Shown: positions 40,114 to 51,012, counted from the first letter of the stretch. The stretch is DNA of 64,000 nt from an uncultured Hyphomicrobiales bacterium (GCA_943908365.1 CALTTH010000003.1:16875-80874); one strand, 5' to 3'. Translations and numbers: made by a program. Notes: generated by a model not told the origin, from the sequence alone.

Positions 40114-40791
40114 ATGTCATCCTCCGTCTTCAAAGCCATTCTCTGCGGCCTAGCCATCTCCATCTCCGGGAAAGCCCTTGCCGCGCAAGCGAGTTGGCCG
40201 GATACACCTGTCGGCCGTCTCGCGGCGCTGGCCACCGTTCAGGATCTGAGCGTCCAGCTGCTCAGCGAGGACAGCGCGACATTGACACTGGAGCATTGGT
40301 GCGCAGACCATAAGCTCGCTGAACCCGCGAAAATCTCGGCGGTCCGCCTCAAGGACATGAAGACAGCACCGGATGAGGTGCGCCACCAATTGAACGTTTC
40401 CGCCTCCGACCCGCTCGGCTACCGGCACGTTTTGCTGAAATGCGGCAATCTGGTGCTTTCGGAAGCGGATAACTGGTATGTGCCGGATCGGTTGACGACG
40501 GACATGAACCAGACGCTGGACACCACGGATACGCCCTTCGGCAAGGTCGTGCTACCACTTCATTTCCAGCGTCACACCAACTCCTCCGAGCTGATCTGGC
40601 AGCCTCTTCCAGAGCAGTGGGAAATGGGACAGGCAATTCCGCCCGGCCACAGCACCGCACTGAATATCCCTCAAACTCTGATCACCAATGAAGCCGTTCT
40701 TACAAAGCCGGATGGGAGCCCGATCAGCTTTGTCATCGAGAACTACAAGGCCGCGCTCCTGAGCTTCCCGCCGCCCGCTATCGCTCGCTGA
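40114..40791 (+). CDS. Periplasmic hypothetical protein (225 aa, signal peptide)
   Basis: Signal peptide MSSSVFKAILCGLAISISGKALAAQA; GGAG RBS; no recognisable family. Confidence 0.5.
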   Translation: MSSSVFKAILCGLAISISGKALAAQASWPDTPVGRLAALATVQDLSVQLLSEDSATLTLEHWCADHKLAEPAKISAVRLKDMKTAPDEVRHQLNVSASDPLGYRHVLLKCGNLVLSEADNWYVPDRLTTDMNQTLDTTDTPFGKVVLPLHFQRHTNSSELIWQPLPEQWEMGQAIPPGHSTALNIPQTLITNEAVLTKPDGSPISFVIENYKAALLSFPPPAIAR

Positions 40792-40827
40792 TCGGGCGAC
40801 CGCGCGCGGTCCTTTGAGGCCTCGGTC

Positions 40828-40841
40828 TTGATTTGGATCAA
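40828..40841. promoter_or_regulatory. Perfect FNR/FixK anaerobox TTGATTTGGATCAA upstream of ccoN
   Basis: Exact TTGAT-N4-ATCAA palindrome about 120 nt upstream of the ccoN start. Confidence 0.7.
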
Positions 40842-40957
40842 GGTCGCTTGCCGTAGCGGGTGGCAAAGCTGCAAACGACGCGAAAGCATGTTTGCCGCTG
40901 TGATTCCGGTTCCTTCGCTCCGCGTCATATCTGATGTGACGTTGGGGGAAGCCAACA

Positions 40958-42580
40958 ATGAACTCTACTTTAGGAATAGCGATGGTGGCCGCGGGGGCCT
41001 TCCTCGCGTTGCTCGGGGCGGCCTTCGCTCACGACAATCTCTTTGCCGCCCATATGTGGGTGCTGTTCTTCGTGCTCCTGGTTGGCACGGTCGTGATGCT
41101 GCGCCGCGTCTCCTTCGCGCCTGTCGATCCGGCAGTCCAGGCACGCAGGAAGACCGAATATTTCGATGACGTGATCCGCTATGGCGTAGTCGCCACGGTC
41201 TTCTGGGGCGTGGTCGGTTTTCTGGTGGGCGTGATCGTCGCGCTTCAGCTTGCCTATCCGGACCTGAACATCCAGCCATGGTTCAATTTCGGCCGCGTTC
41301 GTCCGCTGCATACCTCCGCCGTCATTTTCGCCTTTGGTGGAAATGCGCTGATCGCAACCTCCTTTTACGTGGTGCAGCGCACCTGTCGCGCACGCCTGTT
41401 CGGCGGCGACCTCGGCTGGTTCGTCTTCTGGGGCTACAATCTCTTCATCGTCATGGCAGCGACCGGTTACCTGCTCGGCATCACGCAGGGCAGGGAATAT
41501 GCCGAGCCTGAATGGTATGTCGATATCTGGCTCACCATTGTCTGGGTGGCCTATCTGATCACCTTCCTTGGCACCATCTTCGTGCGCAAGGAGCCGCATA
41601 TCTATGTGGCGAACTGGTTCTACCTTTCCTTCATCGTTACCATCGCGATGCTCCACATCGTCAACAATCTGGCGGTGCCGGTGTCGTTCCTCGGCGTGAA
41701 GAGCTATTCGGCCTTCTCGGGCGTCCAGGACGCGTTGACGCAATGGTGGTACGGCCACAATGCCGTCGGCTTCTTCCTGACCGCCGGCTTCCTAGGGATG
41801 ATGTACTACTTCATTCCCAAGCAGGTGAACCGCCCGGTCTATTCCTACCGCCTGTCGATCATCCACTTCTGGGCGCTGATCTTCATGTATATCTGGGCGG
41901 GTCCCCACCACCTGCATTACACGGCACTTCCCGACTGGGCACAGACGCTTGGCATGGTGTTCTCGATCATGCTTTGGATGCCTTCATGGGGCGGTATGAT
42001 CAACGGTCTGATGACGCTCTCTGGCGCATGGGACAAGCTGCGCACCGACCCGATCCTGCGCATGATGATCATGGCCGTTGCCTTCTACGGCATGGCGACC
42101 TTCGAAGGGCCGATGATGTCGATCAAGGCCGTCAATTCTCTCAGCCACTATACGGACTGGACCATCGGCCACGTGCATTCAGGCGCGCTTGGATGGAACG
42201 GCATGATCACCTTCGGCGCGGTCTATTTCCTTGTCCCGAAACTGTGGCATCGCGAACGGCTCTACAGCCTGGTGTTGGTCAACTGGCACTTCTGGCTCGC
42301 CACGCTTGGTATCGTCGTCTACGCCGCTTCCATGTGGGTTGCCGGCATCCAGCAGGGCCTGATGTGGCGTGAGTATGATGCGCAGGGCTTCCTCGTCTAT
42401 TCCTTCGCCGAAACCGTCGCTGCAATGTTCCCATACTATCTGCTGCGCGCGATGGGCGGCCTGCTGTTCCTCAGTGGCGCAATCGTCATGGCCTACAACA
42501 TCACCAGAACCATTCTCGGCCATATGCGCGAAGAGAACACCGGCAAGGCTGCAGCGCCCAAGCTGCAACCGGCAGAGTAA
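40958..42580 (+). CDS. ccoN: cbb3-type cytochrome c oxidase subunit I
   Basis: Twelve or more TM heme-copper oxidase with conserved His ligands; 540 aa. Confidence 0.9.
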   Translation: MNSTLGIAMVAAGAFLALLGAAFAHDNLFAAHMWVLFFVLLVGTVVMLRRVSFAPVDPAVQARRKTEYFDDVIRYGVVATVFWGVVGFLVGVIVALQLAYPDLNIQPWFNFGRVRPLHTSAVIFAFGGNALIATSFYVVQRTCRARLFGGDLGWFVFWGYNLFIVMAATGYLLGITQGREYAEPEWYVDIWLTIVWVAYLITFLGTIFVRKEPHIYVANWFYLSFIVTIAMLHIVNNLAVPVSFLGVKSYSAFSGVQDALTQWWYGHNAVGFFLTAGFLGMMYYFIPKQVNRPVYSYRLSIIHFWALIFMYIWAGPHHLHYTALPDWAQTLGMVFSIMLWMPSWGGMINGLMTLSGAWDKLRTDPILRMMIMAVAFYGMATFEGPMMSIKAVNSLSHYTDWTIGHVHSGALGWNGMITFGAVYFLVPKLWHRERLYSLVLVNWHFWLATLGIVVYAASMWVAGIQQGLMWREYDAQGFLVYSFAETVAAMFPYYLLRAMGGLLFLSGAIVMAYNITRTILGHMREENTGKAAAPKLQPAE

Positions 42581-42591
42581 GGAGATCGATC

Positions 42592-43323
42592 ATGTCTATT
42601 CTGGACAAACACGGCATTATCGAACGCAACGCCACCTTGCTTCTCGTCGGATCGCTGGCGGTCGTCTCGGTCGGCGGCATCGTGGAGATCGCGCCGCTTT
42701 TCTATCTGGAAAACACAATCGAGAAGGTGGAGGGCATGCGGCCTTACTCGCCGCTCGAGCTTGCGGGTCGCAACATCTACATCCGCGAAGGTTGCTACGT
42801 CTGCCATAGCCAGATGATCCGCCCCTTCCGCGATGAGGTGGAGCGATACGGTCATTACAGCCTTGCGGCAGAAAGCATGTACGACCATCCATTCCAGTGG
42901 GGTTCGAAAAGAACCGGACCGGATCTGGCGCGCGTGGGGGATCGCTATTCGAACGAATGGCATGTCCAGCATTTGAGCGCGCCACGTTCCGTCGTGCCGG
43001 AATCGATCATGCCAAGCTACGCCTTCCTGAAGACGACACCGCTGCAGGTGACGAATATGGCGATGGAGTTGAAAGCCAACCGGGACGTCGGCGTGCCCTA
43101 TAGCGACGACATGCTGCAGAACGCCGAGGCCGACATGAAGACGCAGGCAGATCCGAACGCCGACACGACGGCGCTGGAGGCGCGGTATCCCAAGGCAAAG
43201 ATCGGAGATTTCGACGGTGATCCGACGAAGCTGACCGAAATGGACGCGCTGGTCGCCTATTTGCAGATGCTCGGCACGTTGGTCGATTTTTCGACCTACG
43301 ACGACGCTGCCGGTTACCGATAG
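42592..43323 (+). CDS. ccoO: cbb3-type cytochrome c oxidase subunit II (monoheme)
   Basis: N-terminal TM segment and a CYVCH heme motif. Confidence 0.9.
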   Translation: MSILDKHGIIERNATLLLVGSLAVVSVGGIVEIAPLFYLENTIEKVEGMRPYSPLELAGRNIYIREGCYVCHSQMIRPFRDEVERYGHYSLAAESMYDHPFQWGSKRTGPDLARVGDRYSNEWHVQHLSAPRSVVPESIMPSYAFLKTTPLQVTNMAMELKANRDVGVPYSDDMLQNAEADMKTQADPNADTTALEARYPKAKIGDFDGDPTKLTEMDALVAYLQMLGTLVDFSTYDDAAGYR

Positions 43324-43335
43324 GAGGACCACGAG

Positions 43336-43488
43336 ATGGAAACCTACACCGCCATGCGCCACTTTGCCGATAGCTGGGGCCTGCTCGTTATGACGCTCTT
43401 CTTCCTCTGCGTCGTCCTTTTCACCTTGCGTCCCGGTGGCGGAAAGGCCGCCAGCGACGCCGCCAAGATTCCTCTCAAGGAGGATTGA
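43336..43488 (+). CDS. ccoQ: cbb3-type oxidase small subunit CcoQ/FixQ
   Basis: 50-aa single-TM peptide METYTAMRHFADSWGLLVMTLFFLCVVLFTLRPGG... lying between ccoO and ccoP with a GGAGG RBS. Absent from the ORF track because it is under 60 aa. Confidence 0.7.
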   Translation: METYTAMRHFADSWGLLVMTLFFLCVVLFTLRPGGGKAASDAAKIPLKED

Positions 43489-43492
43489 TACC

Positions 43493-44356
43493 ATGTCGGA
43501 CAAACACATAGACCAGATCAGCGGCGTCGAAACCACCGGCCATGAGTGGGACGGCATTCGCGAGCTGAACAACCCCATGCCCCGCTGGTGGGTGTGGACG
43601 TTTTACGCCACTATCGTCTGGGCCATCGGCTACACGATTGCCTTTCCGGCCTGGCCGCTGATCAGCGGTGCGACGCAAGGCGTACTCGGCTGGAGCAGCC
43701 GCGCCACTGTGGCAACCGAGATGGCCAATGCCAAGGCAGGCCAGAACGCCTACCTCGACAAGATCGCATCCTCGTCACTGGAGGATATCCAGACCGACAG
43801 CGAACTCATGCAGTTTGCCGTTGCCGGTGGCGCCGCGGCCTTCAAGGTCAACTGCATCCAATGCCACGGCTCTGGTGCTGAGGGCGGCAACGGATATCCC
43901 AACCTCAACGACGATGACTGGCTGTGGGGTGGTAAGGCAGAGGATGTCTACACGACCATCACCCACGGCATACGCTTCACCGAGGATCCGGAAACGCGCG
44001 TGTCGGAAATGCCGGCTTTTGCCGATGTGCTAAAGAGCGATGAAATCCGTGCCGTCGCGGCCTATGTCGTCAGCCTGACAGGAACGCCGCATGATCCGGG
44101 AATGATCGAACCGGGCAAGCAGATATTCGCCGACAACTGCGCTTCGTGTCACGGGGACGATGCCAGGGGCAACCGCGATATGGGCGCTCCAAACCTCGCT
44201 GATGCAATCTGGCTGAAGGCCCATGGCGAAGAGGGCATCGTGGCCCAGATTCGGGCACCAAAGCATGGTGTCATGCCCGCTTGGGGCGAACGTCTGGGAG
44301 ATACCACGGTCAAGCAACTGGCGCTCTTCGTCCACTCACTGGGTGGTGGTGAATAG
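43493..44356 (+). CDS. ccoP: cbb3-type cytochrome c oxidase subunit III (diheme)
   Basis: Two CxxCH motifs (CIQCH, CASCH). Start moved to MSDKHIDQ, which has an AAGGAGG RBS. Confidence 0.9.
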   Translation: MSDKHIDQISGVETTGHEWDGIRELNNPMPRWWVWTFYATIVWAIGYTIAFPAWPLISGATQGVLGWSSRATVATEMANAKAGQNAYLDKIASSSLEDIQTDSELMQFAVAGGAAAFKVNCIQCHGSGAEGGNGYPNLNDDDWLWGGKAEDVYTTITHGIRFTEDPETRVSEMPAFADVLKSDEIRAVAAYVVSLTGTPHDPGMIEPGKQIFADNCASCHGDDARGNRDMGAPNLADAIWLKAHGEEGIVAQIRAPKHGVMPAWGERLGDTTVKQLALFVHSLGGGE

Positions 44357-44398
44357 CGCGACTGAAAAGGCAATTGGGGCCGCGTCGTGCGGCCCTTT

Positions 44399-44803
44399 TC
44401 ATTGATGCTCCAGAAGGCTTCTCAAAGTCTTCAAATCCGCCGACACGGCGGCGGCATCCCGATCGTGATCCTCTTCCGTCATGCCCGGCAGTCGTAAAAC
44501 GGTAAAGGCGATTTCCGCCCCGTCACCATTCGGTGTCACCCGAAGCGCATTGTAGACCTGCATCCCATCCGGCAGCGTCACTACATGGTCGACGACGCCA
44601 AAATCATTCGGCTCAGCAAAGCGCACGCGCACGTCTCCCAGCGGCCCTGAAGCGATCCAGTCTTTACCATCCTGTCGCAATCCATTTGCCAGACCCGCCG
44701 CCCAGCGCGGCATCCTGTTGGGATCTGAAGCAAAGGCGTAGACCTCCCGCCATGGCCGATCGATTGTCACGTGCACGATCCGCGAGATCATCGTCGCCAT
44801 CAT
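44399..44803 (-). CDS. SRPBCC (START/polyketide-cyclase-like) family protein
   Basis: 134 aa; a fold-level call based on the VHVTIDRPWREVYAFASDP-like N-terminus. Confidence 0.5.
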   Translation of the reverse strand: MMATMISRIVHVTIDRPWREVYAFASDPNRMPRWAAGLANGLRQDGKDWIASGPLGDVRVRFAEPNDFGVVDHVVTLPDGMQVYNALRVTPNGDGAEIAFTVLRLPGMTEEDHDRDAAAVSADLKTLRSLLEHQ

Positions 44804-44843
44804 TCTTCTCCCGTGCGCAGCGCCTGCGCCACATTGTCCCGAC

Positions 44844-44857
44844 TTGACCTAAGTCAA
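44844..44857. promoter_or_regulatory. Perfect FNR/FixK anaerobox TTGACCTAAGTCAA between the SRPBCC gene and ccoG
   Basis: Exact TTGAC-N4-GTCAA dyad about 60 nt upstream of ccoG; symmetric, so it could also serve the divergent gene. Confidence 0.7.
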
Positions 44858-44912
44858 GGATGATGGACCTCCGAGATGTCAAAACGCAAGGACAGAAACG
44901 GACCTTGCGATC

Positions 44913-46496
44913 ATGAACCTTTATACCGCCCGCGACCCCGGCAATGGCTCCGAGCCTGTCGAGAGATTGAATGCCGAACCGGTCAATTCTGCGAAAAACA
45001 GGAAGCCGCTTTACGAGGCGCGCAAGAAGATTTTCCCGAAGCGGGCAGAGGGGCGGTTTCGTCGTTTCAAATGGATCGTGATGCTGATCACGCTCGGCAT
45101 CTACTATCTGACACCCTGGATCCGCTGGGACCGTGGTCCCTATGCGCCCGATCAGGCGGTGCTCGTCGATATTGCCAGCAGGCGTTTCTACTTCTTCTTC
45201 ATCGAGATATGGCCGCAGGAATTCTACTACGTTGCCGGGCTTCTGGTCATGGCAGGTTTCGGCCTCTTCCTCATCACGTCAGCAATTGGCCGCGCGTGGT
45301 GCGGCTATACCTGTCCTCAAACCGTGTGGGTCGATCTCTTCCTCGTGGTAGAGCGCGCCATCGAAGGCGACCGAAACGCGCGCATAAAGCTCGAGGCCGC
45401 GCCGTGGAATTTCGACAAGCTGCAAAAGCGCGTCTCCAAGCATCTCATCTGGCTGGCGATCGGTGTGATGACGGGCGGTGCGTGGATATTCTACTTCGCC
45501 GATGCTCCGACACTGCTGAAGCAGTTCGTGACGGGCGAGGCGCCGATGGTCGCCTATTACACCGTGGCGATCCTGACGGCGACGACGTACGTCTTTGGCG
45601 GTCTGATGCGCGAGCAGGTGTGCACCTATATGTGCCCCTGGCCCCGCATCCAAGGCGCGATGCTGGACGAGCATTCGTTGGTGGTGACCTATAACGACTG
45701 GCGCGGCGAACCCCGCTCGCGTCACACCAAAAAGGCGGTTGCCGCAGACGAGCCGGTGGGCGACTGCGTGGACTGCAATGCCTGTATTGCCGTCTGTCCC
45801 ATGGGCATTGATATCCGCGACGGGCAGCAGATGGAGTGCATCACCTGCGCGCTGTGCATCGATGCCTGCGATGGCGTCATGGACAAGGTCGGTAAGTCGC
45901 GCGGCCTGATCGCCTATGCCACGCTTCAGGAATATGATGCAAACATGGCGCTAGCGACCGGCAATGGCGCGCATGCCATTCAGCCGAGCGCTGTCCGCGA
46001 TCTCGATGGCAGCTTCGTCAATGCCATACGCCATTTCAATTGGCGGATCATTTCGCGTCCGCGCACGATCTTTTACATGACCGTCTGGTGCCTGGTCGGT
46101 GTCGTCATGCTGGTGACGCTGGCCACCCGCGAGCGCCTTGCCGTCAACGTCATTCACGATCGCAATCCGCAATTTGTGCTGGAATCGGATGGCTCGATCC
46201 GCAACGGATATACCGTCCGGCTTCTCAATATGATCGCGCAGCCGCGCACCATCACCTTGTCACTGGAAGGGTTGCCGGGCGCCGTGATGAAGATCAACGG
46301 TCTGGTCGATCAGCCTGCACGAAGCTTCGACATCAAGGTCAAGCCCGACGAAGTCACAAGCCTCAAGCTCTTTGTCACCACGCCCGCCGCTGCCAACAAA
46401 ACAGCAAGCGATTTCACCTTCCTCGCGTCGGACGCTGAAAACTCAGAGACCGCACACTACAAGGCCGTCTTCAATGGGCCGGGAGTAAAGAAATGA
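44913..46496 (+). CDS. ccoG: cbb3 oxidase assembly ferredoxin-like membrane protein CcoG/FixG
   Basis: Two 4Fe-4S ferredoxin motifs (CTYMCPWPR; CVDCNACIAVCP) plus TM segments. Confidence 0.85.
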   Translation: MNLYTARDPGNGSEPVERLNAEPVNSAKNRKPLYEARKKIFPKRAEGRFRRFKWIVMLITLGIYYLTPWIRWDRGPYAPDQAVLVDIASRRFYFFFIEIWPQEFYYVAGLLVMAGFGLFLITSAIGRAWCGYTCPQTVWVDLFLVVERAIEGDRNARIKLEAAPWNFDKLQKRVSKHLIWLAIGVMTGGAWIFYFADAPTLLKQFVTGEAPMVAYYTVAILTATTYVFGGLMREQVCTYMCPWPRIQGAMLDEHSLVVTYNDWRGEPRSRHTKKAVAADEPVGDCVDCNACIAVCPMGIDIRDGQQMECITCALCIDACDGVMDKVGKSRGLIAYATLQEYDANMALATGNGAHAIQPSAVRDLDGSFVNAIRHFNWRIISRPRTIFYMTVWCLVGVVMLVTLATRERLAVNVIHDRNPQFVLESDGSIRNGYTVRLLNMIAQPRTITLSLEGLPGAVMKINGLVDQPARSFDIKVKPDEVTSLKLFVTTPAAANKTASDFTFLASDAENSETAHYKAVFNGPGVKK

Positions 46497-46993
46497 CGAT
46501 CGAGCGACAGGAAAAGCCAGGCTTTGTCTTCACCGGTTGGCACATGCTCACCATCATGCTGCTGTTCTTCGGTACGGTGATTGCGGTCAATGTCACCATG
46601 GCGTGGAACGCGGTTTCGAGTTGGAGCGGGCTTGTGGTGCAAAACACCTATGTTGCCAGCCAGCAGTTCAACGGCAAGGCGGAAGCCGCCAAGGCGCGTG
46701 CGGCAAGCGGCATCGTGGGCAAGCTCAAACTCGACGGCGATACCATCGCTTACGAGGTGACCCACCCCACCCAGGGTCCCGTCGCGACCGATGCCGTGAC
46801 GCTCAATTTTCGCCGCCCGGTTGGAGAGAAACAGGATTTCTCTCTGGTTCTGGACAAACAATCGGTGAATGGATTTGCGGCCCATCACAAATTGGCGCCA
46901 GGAGACTGGATCGTCGAGGCTGTCGCGGTGAAGGATGGCAAGATCATCGTTCATGAAGGCACCCGCATCGATATTGCCGGGGGCGTCAGATGA
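46493..46993 (+). CDS. ccoH: CcoH/FixH
   Basis: 166 aa with an N-terminal TM segment; ATGA overlap with ccoG. Confidence 0.75.
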   Translation: MTIERQEKPGFVFTGWHMLTIMLLFFGTVIAVNVTMAWNAVSSWSGLVVQNTYVASQQFNGKAEAAKARAASGIVGKLKLDGDTIAYEVTHPTQGPVATDAVTLNFRRPVGEKQDFSLVLDKQSVNGFAAHHKLAPGDWIVEAVAVKDGKIIVHEGTRIDIAGGVR

Positions 46994-49290
46994 GCTGCTG
47001 CGCGCCTGGGACCGAAAGTGCTCTCGACCGTGTGGGATTGAGGAAGGCCTTGCCGTCGTCGGAAGAGATGATGCTCGCCAGTCGTCATCTGGGGCAGGGG
47101 CTGCGACAGATCGATCTCTCGGTGCCCGGCGTCTATTGCGGTACCTGCATCACCACGATCGAAACCTGTTTGAACAGACTGCCCGAGGTGGAGCGCGCCC
47201 GTATCAACCTGTCCTCGAAACGCGTTTCTATCGTCTGGCGGGAGGAACTCGCTGGCGTTCGCACAGATCCGGGCATCCTTGCAAGGGCAGTCGCCTCGAC
47301 GGGATACGCCACCCATCTCTTTACCAGTGCCGAAGAAGCCTCCGACGAACTCAAGAACCAGTTGATCCGGGCGGTCGGTCTGACGGGTTTTGCAGCCGCA
47401 AACATCATGTTGCTGTCTGTGTCGGTCTGGTCTGGCGCGGATGCTTCCACACGCGACATGTTTCACTGGATATCCGCCCTGATCGCGGCACCTGCGCTGA
47501 TCTATGGTGGGCGTTTCTTCTATCAGTCTGCTTATCGTGCTTTGAAGCACGGCCGAACCAACATGGATGTGCCCATCGCTCTTGCAATCACGCTGTCCTA
47601 TGCAGTCTCGCTTTGGGAAACGATGCATAGCGGCAGCCACGCATGGTTCGATGCGACCGTCTCGCTGCTGTTCTTTCTGCTGATCGGTCGCACGCTCGAT
47701 CATGTCATGCGTGACCGGGCCCGTTCAGCCGTTGCTGGTCTTGCAAGACTGTCACCGCACGGTGCCATGGTCCTTCTCAAAGATGGAGAGCGCGAATACC
47801 GGGCGATTGCCGAGTTGGGTCCGGGAGACGTCATCCTCGTTGCGGCGGGCGAAAGAGTGCCGGTGGATGGCGTGATCATGACCGGCTCCAGCGACATGGA
47901 TATGTCCATCGTCAATGGTGAAAGTGCCACCCGCACTGTGCAGCCGGGCGAAAGTGTTCAGGCGGGTACCCTGAACCTCACGGGTCCACTGACCCTCAAG
48001 GCAACGGCGCTTGCGCGTGAGTCCTTCCTGGCGGAGATTATCGGCTTGATGGAAGCGGCCGAAGGGGGCAGGGCGCGTTATCGGCGCCTGGCCGATCGCG
48101 CTGCGCAATACTATTCGCCAGTGGTTCACCTCCTGGCGCTCATATCCTTCATTGCCTGGGGCGTGTTTGGCGGAGACTGGAAACAGGCGATGCTGATTGC
48201 GATTGCCGTTCTGATCATTACCTGCCCGTGTGCCCTTGGCCTTGCTGTTCCTGTCGTGCAGGTTGTTGCAGCGGGGGAACTGTTTAAGACCGGTGTCATG
48301 GTCAAGGATGGCTCGGCCATGGAGCGGCTCGCCGAAGCCGATACCGTGCTCTTCGACAAGACCGGTACATTGACGCTCGGCGAGCCCCGTCTGCTCGATA
48401 TGGCGGATGTGCCGGACGATGCCTTTTTGCTTGCCGCAGGCCTTGCCGCCAATTCTCGTCACCCTCTTTCCCAGGCACTCTACCGATCGGTTCGCGGCGC
48501 GCTCCCGGTTTTCGACGCTGTCAGCGAGATACCCGGATGCGGCGTGGAGGCAAGGACAGACAAAGGCGCATACCGGCTCGGCAACAGACGCTTTTGCTGC
48601 CCGACGAAGGCGCCACGAAGCGAGGGAGACACCGCGTCGGAGGTGGTGTTGTCACTGGAAGGTGAAGAAGTTGCCTGCTTCCGCTTCGAGGACCAGACGA
48701 GGCCCGGCACGAGCGAAGCTATCAAAATCCTAAAACGCTTCGGGTTCAGCGCAGAGATCGTCTCCGGAGACCGACCATCCGCCGTCGAGGCGTTGGCGGG
48801 CAAGCTCCGGCTCGCAAGCTGGCACGCCGGCTTCGCCCCGGCGGACAAGGCGCGGCGCTGCGAGGAGCTTGTCGCCGAAGGTCGCAAGGTGCTGATGGTA
48901 GGCGACGGGATCAATGACGCTCCGGCGCTGGCCGCGGCACATGTGTCCATAGCCCCGGCATCGGCAGCCGACATTGGCCGCCAATCCGCAGACTTCGTCT
49001 TCGTGCGAGAGGATCTAAGGTCCGTGGCCTTTACTGTCGATATTTCACGACGGGCAGGGCGGCTGATCCGGCAGAATTTCGCGCTGGCGATTGGCTATAA
49101 CGTCATCGCTGTTCCGATTGCGCTTGCAGGTTTCGCCACGCCCATGATTGCCGCCATTGCCATGTCGACGTCCTCGATCATCGTGGTCACCAACGCGCTT
49201 CGCCTCAGTGGCTTCGAAAGGAAAGCGACACGGAAGCTTGAGCAGCGGAATGCCGAGATTGAGATAGTGACTGGAGCGCAGACCGCATGA
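46990..49290 (+). CDS. ccoI: Copper-translocating P1B-type ATPase CcoI/FixI
   Basis: N-terminal metal-binding CGTC, TM CPC motif, DKTGTLT phosphorylation site and GDGINDAP. Confidence 0.9.
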   Translation: MSCCAPGTESALDRVGLRKALPSSEEMMLASRHLGQGLRQIDLSVPGVYCGTCITTIETCLNRLPEVERARINLSSKRVSIVWREELAGVRTDPGILARAVASTGYATHLFTSAEEASDELKNQLIRAVGLTGFAAANIMLLSVSVWSGADASTRDMFHWISALIAAPALIYGGRFFYQSAYRALKHGRTNMDVPIALAITLSYAVSLWETMHSGSHAWFDATVSLLFFLLIGRTLDHVMRDRARSAVAGLARLSPHGAMVLLKDGEREYRAIAELGPGDVILVAAGERVPVDGVIMTGSSDMDMSIVNGESATRTVQPGESVQAGTLNLTGPLTLKATALARESFLAEIIGLMEAAEGGRARYRRLADRAAQYYSPVVHLLALISFIAWGVFGGDWKQAMLIAIAVLIITCPCALGLAVPVVQVVAAGELFKTGVMVKDGSAMERLAEADTVLFDKTGTLTLGEPRLLDMADVPDDAFLLAAGLAANSRHPLSQALYRSVRGALPVFDAVSEIPGCGVEARTDKGAYRLGNRRFCCPTKAPRSEGDTASEVVLSLEGEEVACFRFEDQTRPGTSEAIKILKRFGFSAEIVSGDRPSAVEALAGKLRLASWHAGFAPADKARRCEELVAEGRKVLMVGDGINDAPALAAAHVSIAPASAADIGRQSADFVFVREDLRSVAFTVDISRRAGRLIRQNFALAIGYNVIAVPIALAGFATPMIAAIAMSTSSIIVVTNALRLSGFERKATRKLEQRNAEIEIVTGAQTA

Positions 49291-49442
49291 ACATGCTGGT
49301 GTTCCTCATACCCGTCGCGCTGCTTCTCGGCGCACTCGGTTTGTTCGCCTTCCTCTGGTCGCTGAAAAGCGGTCAGTATGAGGACATGGATGGCTCGGCC
49401 TGGCGGGCGCTGGAGGATGGTGACGACAAACCTTCCGCTTGA
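49287..49442 (+). CDS. ccoS: CcoS/FixS small membrane protein
   Basis: 51-aa peptide MNMLVFLIPVALLLGALGLFAFLWSLKSGQYEDMDG...; ATGA overlap with ccoI. Absent from the ORF track because it is under 60 aa. Confidence 0.7.
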   Translation: MNMLVFLIPVALLLGALGLFAFLWSLKSGQYEDMDGSAWRALEDGDDKPSA

Positions 49443-49575
49443 AGATTTTGGGAACGGCGACACCAAAGGTGACCGCTGTCATCAAAATTTAACCGTTTCA
49501 ATTGGGTCTCACCTTGCCGTTTGAAAGCTGGAGTGCCAAAACAGGCGCCATCAAATGCAAAATGGAGACACATCC

Positions 49576-51012
49576 GTGGAACAGGCAGAAATCGGTTTGA
49601 TCGGTCTTGGCGTCATGGGCTCGAACCTGGCGCTCAACATCGCGGAAAAAGGCAACAAGATTGCCGTTTTCAACCGGACCCCGGAAGCGACGAAGAAGTT
49701 TTACGCCGAAGCCGGCGAATTGCAGGGACAGATCATCCCTTGCGAAACCATTGAAGACTTCGTTGCCGCCATTCGCCCGCCGCGCCCGATCATCATCATG
49801 ATCAAGGCCGGCGATCCCGTCGATCAGCAGATGGAAATTCTCAAGCCCTATCTCGAAAACGGCGACATCATGATCGATGCGGGCAACGCCAACTTCCGTG
49901 ACACGATCCGTCGTTTTGACACTCTGAAAGACAGCGGCCTCACGTTCATTGGCATGGGTGTTTCCGGTGGCGAAGAGGGCGCTCGCCATGGTCCGTCCAT
50001 CATGGTCGGCGGCACCGAAGAGAGCTGGAAGCGCGTCGAAAAGGTGCTGACCTCGATCTCGGCCAAATATGATAACGACCCATGCGTTGCCTGGCTTGGA
50101 AATGATGGCGCGGGACACTTCGTCAAGACCATCCATAACGGCATCGAATATGCCGATATGCAGATGATCGCCGAAATCTACGGTATCTTGCGCGATGGTC
50201 TGAAGCTCAGCGCCGGTGAAATTGCCGATGTCTTCGGCAAGTGGAACAAGGGCCGCCTGAATTCCTATCTGATCGAGATCACCGAGAAGGTGCTGCGCGC
50301 CGCCGATCCAGTCACCGGCAAGCCGATGGTGGATCTGATCCTCGACAAGGCAGGTCAGAAAGGTACGGGCAAGTGGTCCGTCATCGAGGCCCAGAACATG
50401 GGTGTCGCGGCAACGGCTATCGAAGCCGCCGTCGCTGCCCGTATTCTTTCGTCTCAGAAGGACGAACGCGAAGCCGCTGAGAAGATCTTCGGCGTTCCGA
50501 AGGCACTTGCCGCACCCGCGGACAAGCAGGCCTTCATCGACGATCTGGAAAACGCACTTCTTGCTGCAAAGATCGGCGACTATGCGCAAGGCTTCGCCGT
50601 GATGGCTGCGGCTTCCAAGGAGTTCAACTGGGACCTGCCGATGCCCACCATCGCCCGCATCTGGCGCGCTGGTTGCATCATCCGCTCGCAGTTCCTCGAT
50701 GAAATCACCTCGGCCTTCACCAAGGATCCGCATGTGGCAAACCTGATCGTGACGCCTGCCTTCTCCAAGATGGTTCAGGACACGGACGCACCGCTGCGCC
50801 ATGTCGTTTCGCACGCGATCCTGTCCGGCCTGCCGGTTCCGGCTCTTGCATCCGCGCTCGGCTATTTCGATGCCTACCGCCGCGGCCGCGGCACGGCCAA
50901 CCTCATCCAGGCGCAGCGCGACTTCTTCGGCGCGCATGGCTTTGAGCGGACCGATGGCGTCGACAAACCACACGGCCCTTGGGGCAGCGGCCTCGATATC
51001 TTCTCGAAGTAA
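49576..51012 (+). CDS. gnd: 6-phosphogluconate dehydrogenase (decarboxylating)
   Basis: IGLIGLGVMGSNLALN Rossmann motif and full Gnd length. GTG at 49576 with a GGAGA RBS is preferred over the upstream ATG. Confidence 0.9.
   Translation: MEQAEIGLIGLGVMGSNLALNIAEKGNKIAVFNRTPEATKKFYAEAGELQGQIIPCETIEDFVAAIRPPRPIIIMIKAGDPVDQQMEILKPYLENGDIMIDAGNANFRDTIRRFDTLKDSGLTFIGMGVSGGEEGARHGPSIMVGGTEESWKRVEKVLTSISAKYDNDPCVAWLGNDGAGHFVKTIHNGIEYADMQMIAEIYGILRDGLKLSAGEIADVFGKWNKGRLNSYLIEITEKVLRAADPVTGKPMVDLILDKAGQKGTGKWSVIEAQNMGVAATAIEAAVAARILSSQKDEREAAEKIFGVPKALAAPADKQAFIDDLENALLAAKIGDYAQGFAVMAAASKEFNWDLPMPTIARIWRAGCIIRSQFLDEITSAFTKDPHVANLIVTPAFSKMVQDTDAPLRHVVSHAILSGLPVPALASALGYFDAYRRGRGTANLIQAQRDFFGAHGFERTDGVDKPHGPWGSGLDIFSK

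Noticed and set aside
41512-42372. 286-aa plus-strand ORF inside ccoN
   Set aside because: Alternate frame of ccoN; Arg/Pro/His-rich, typical of an out-of-frame GC-rich translation.
49498-50973. 491-aa minus-strand ORF
   Set aside because: Antisense to gnd.
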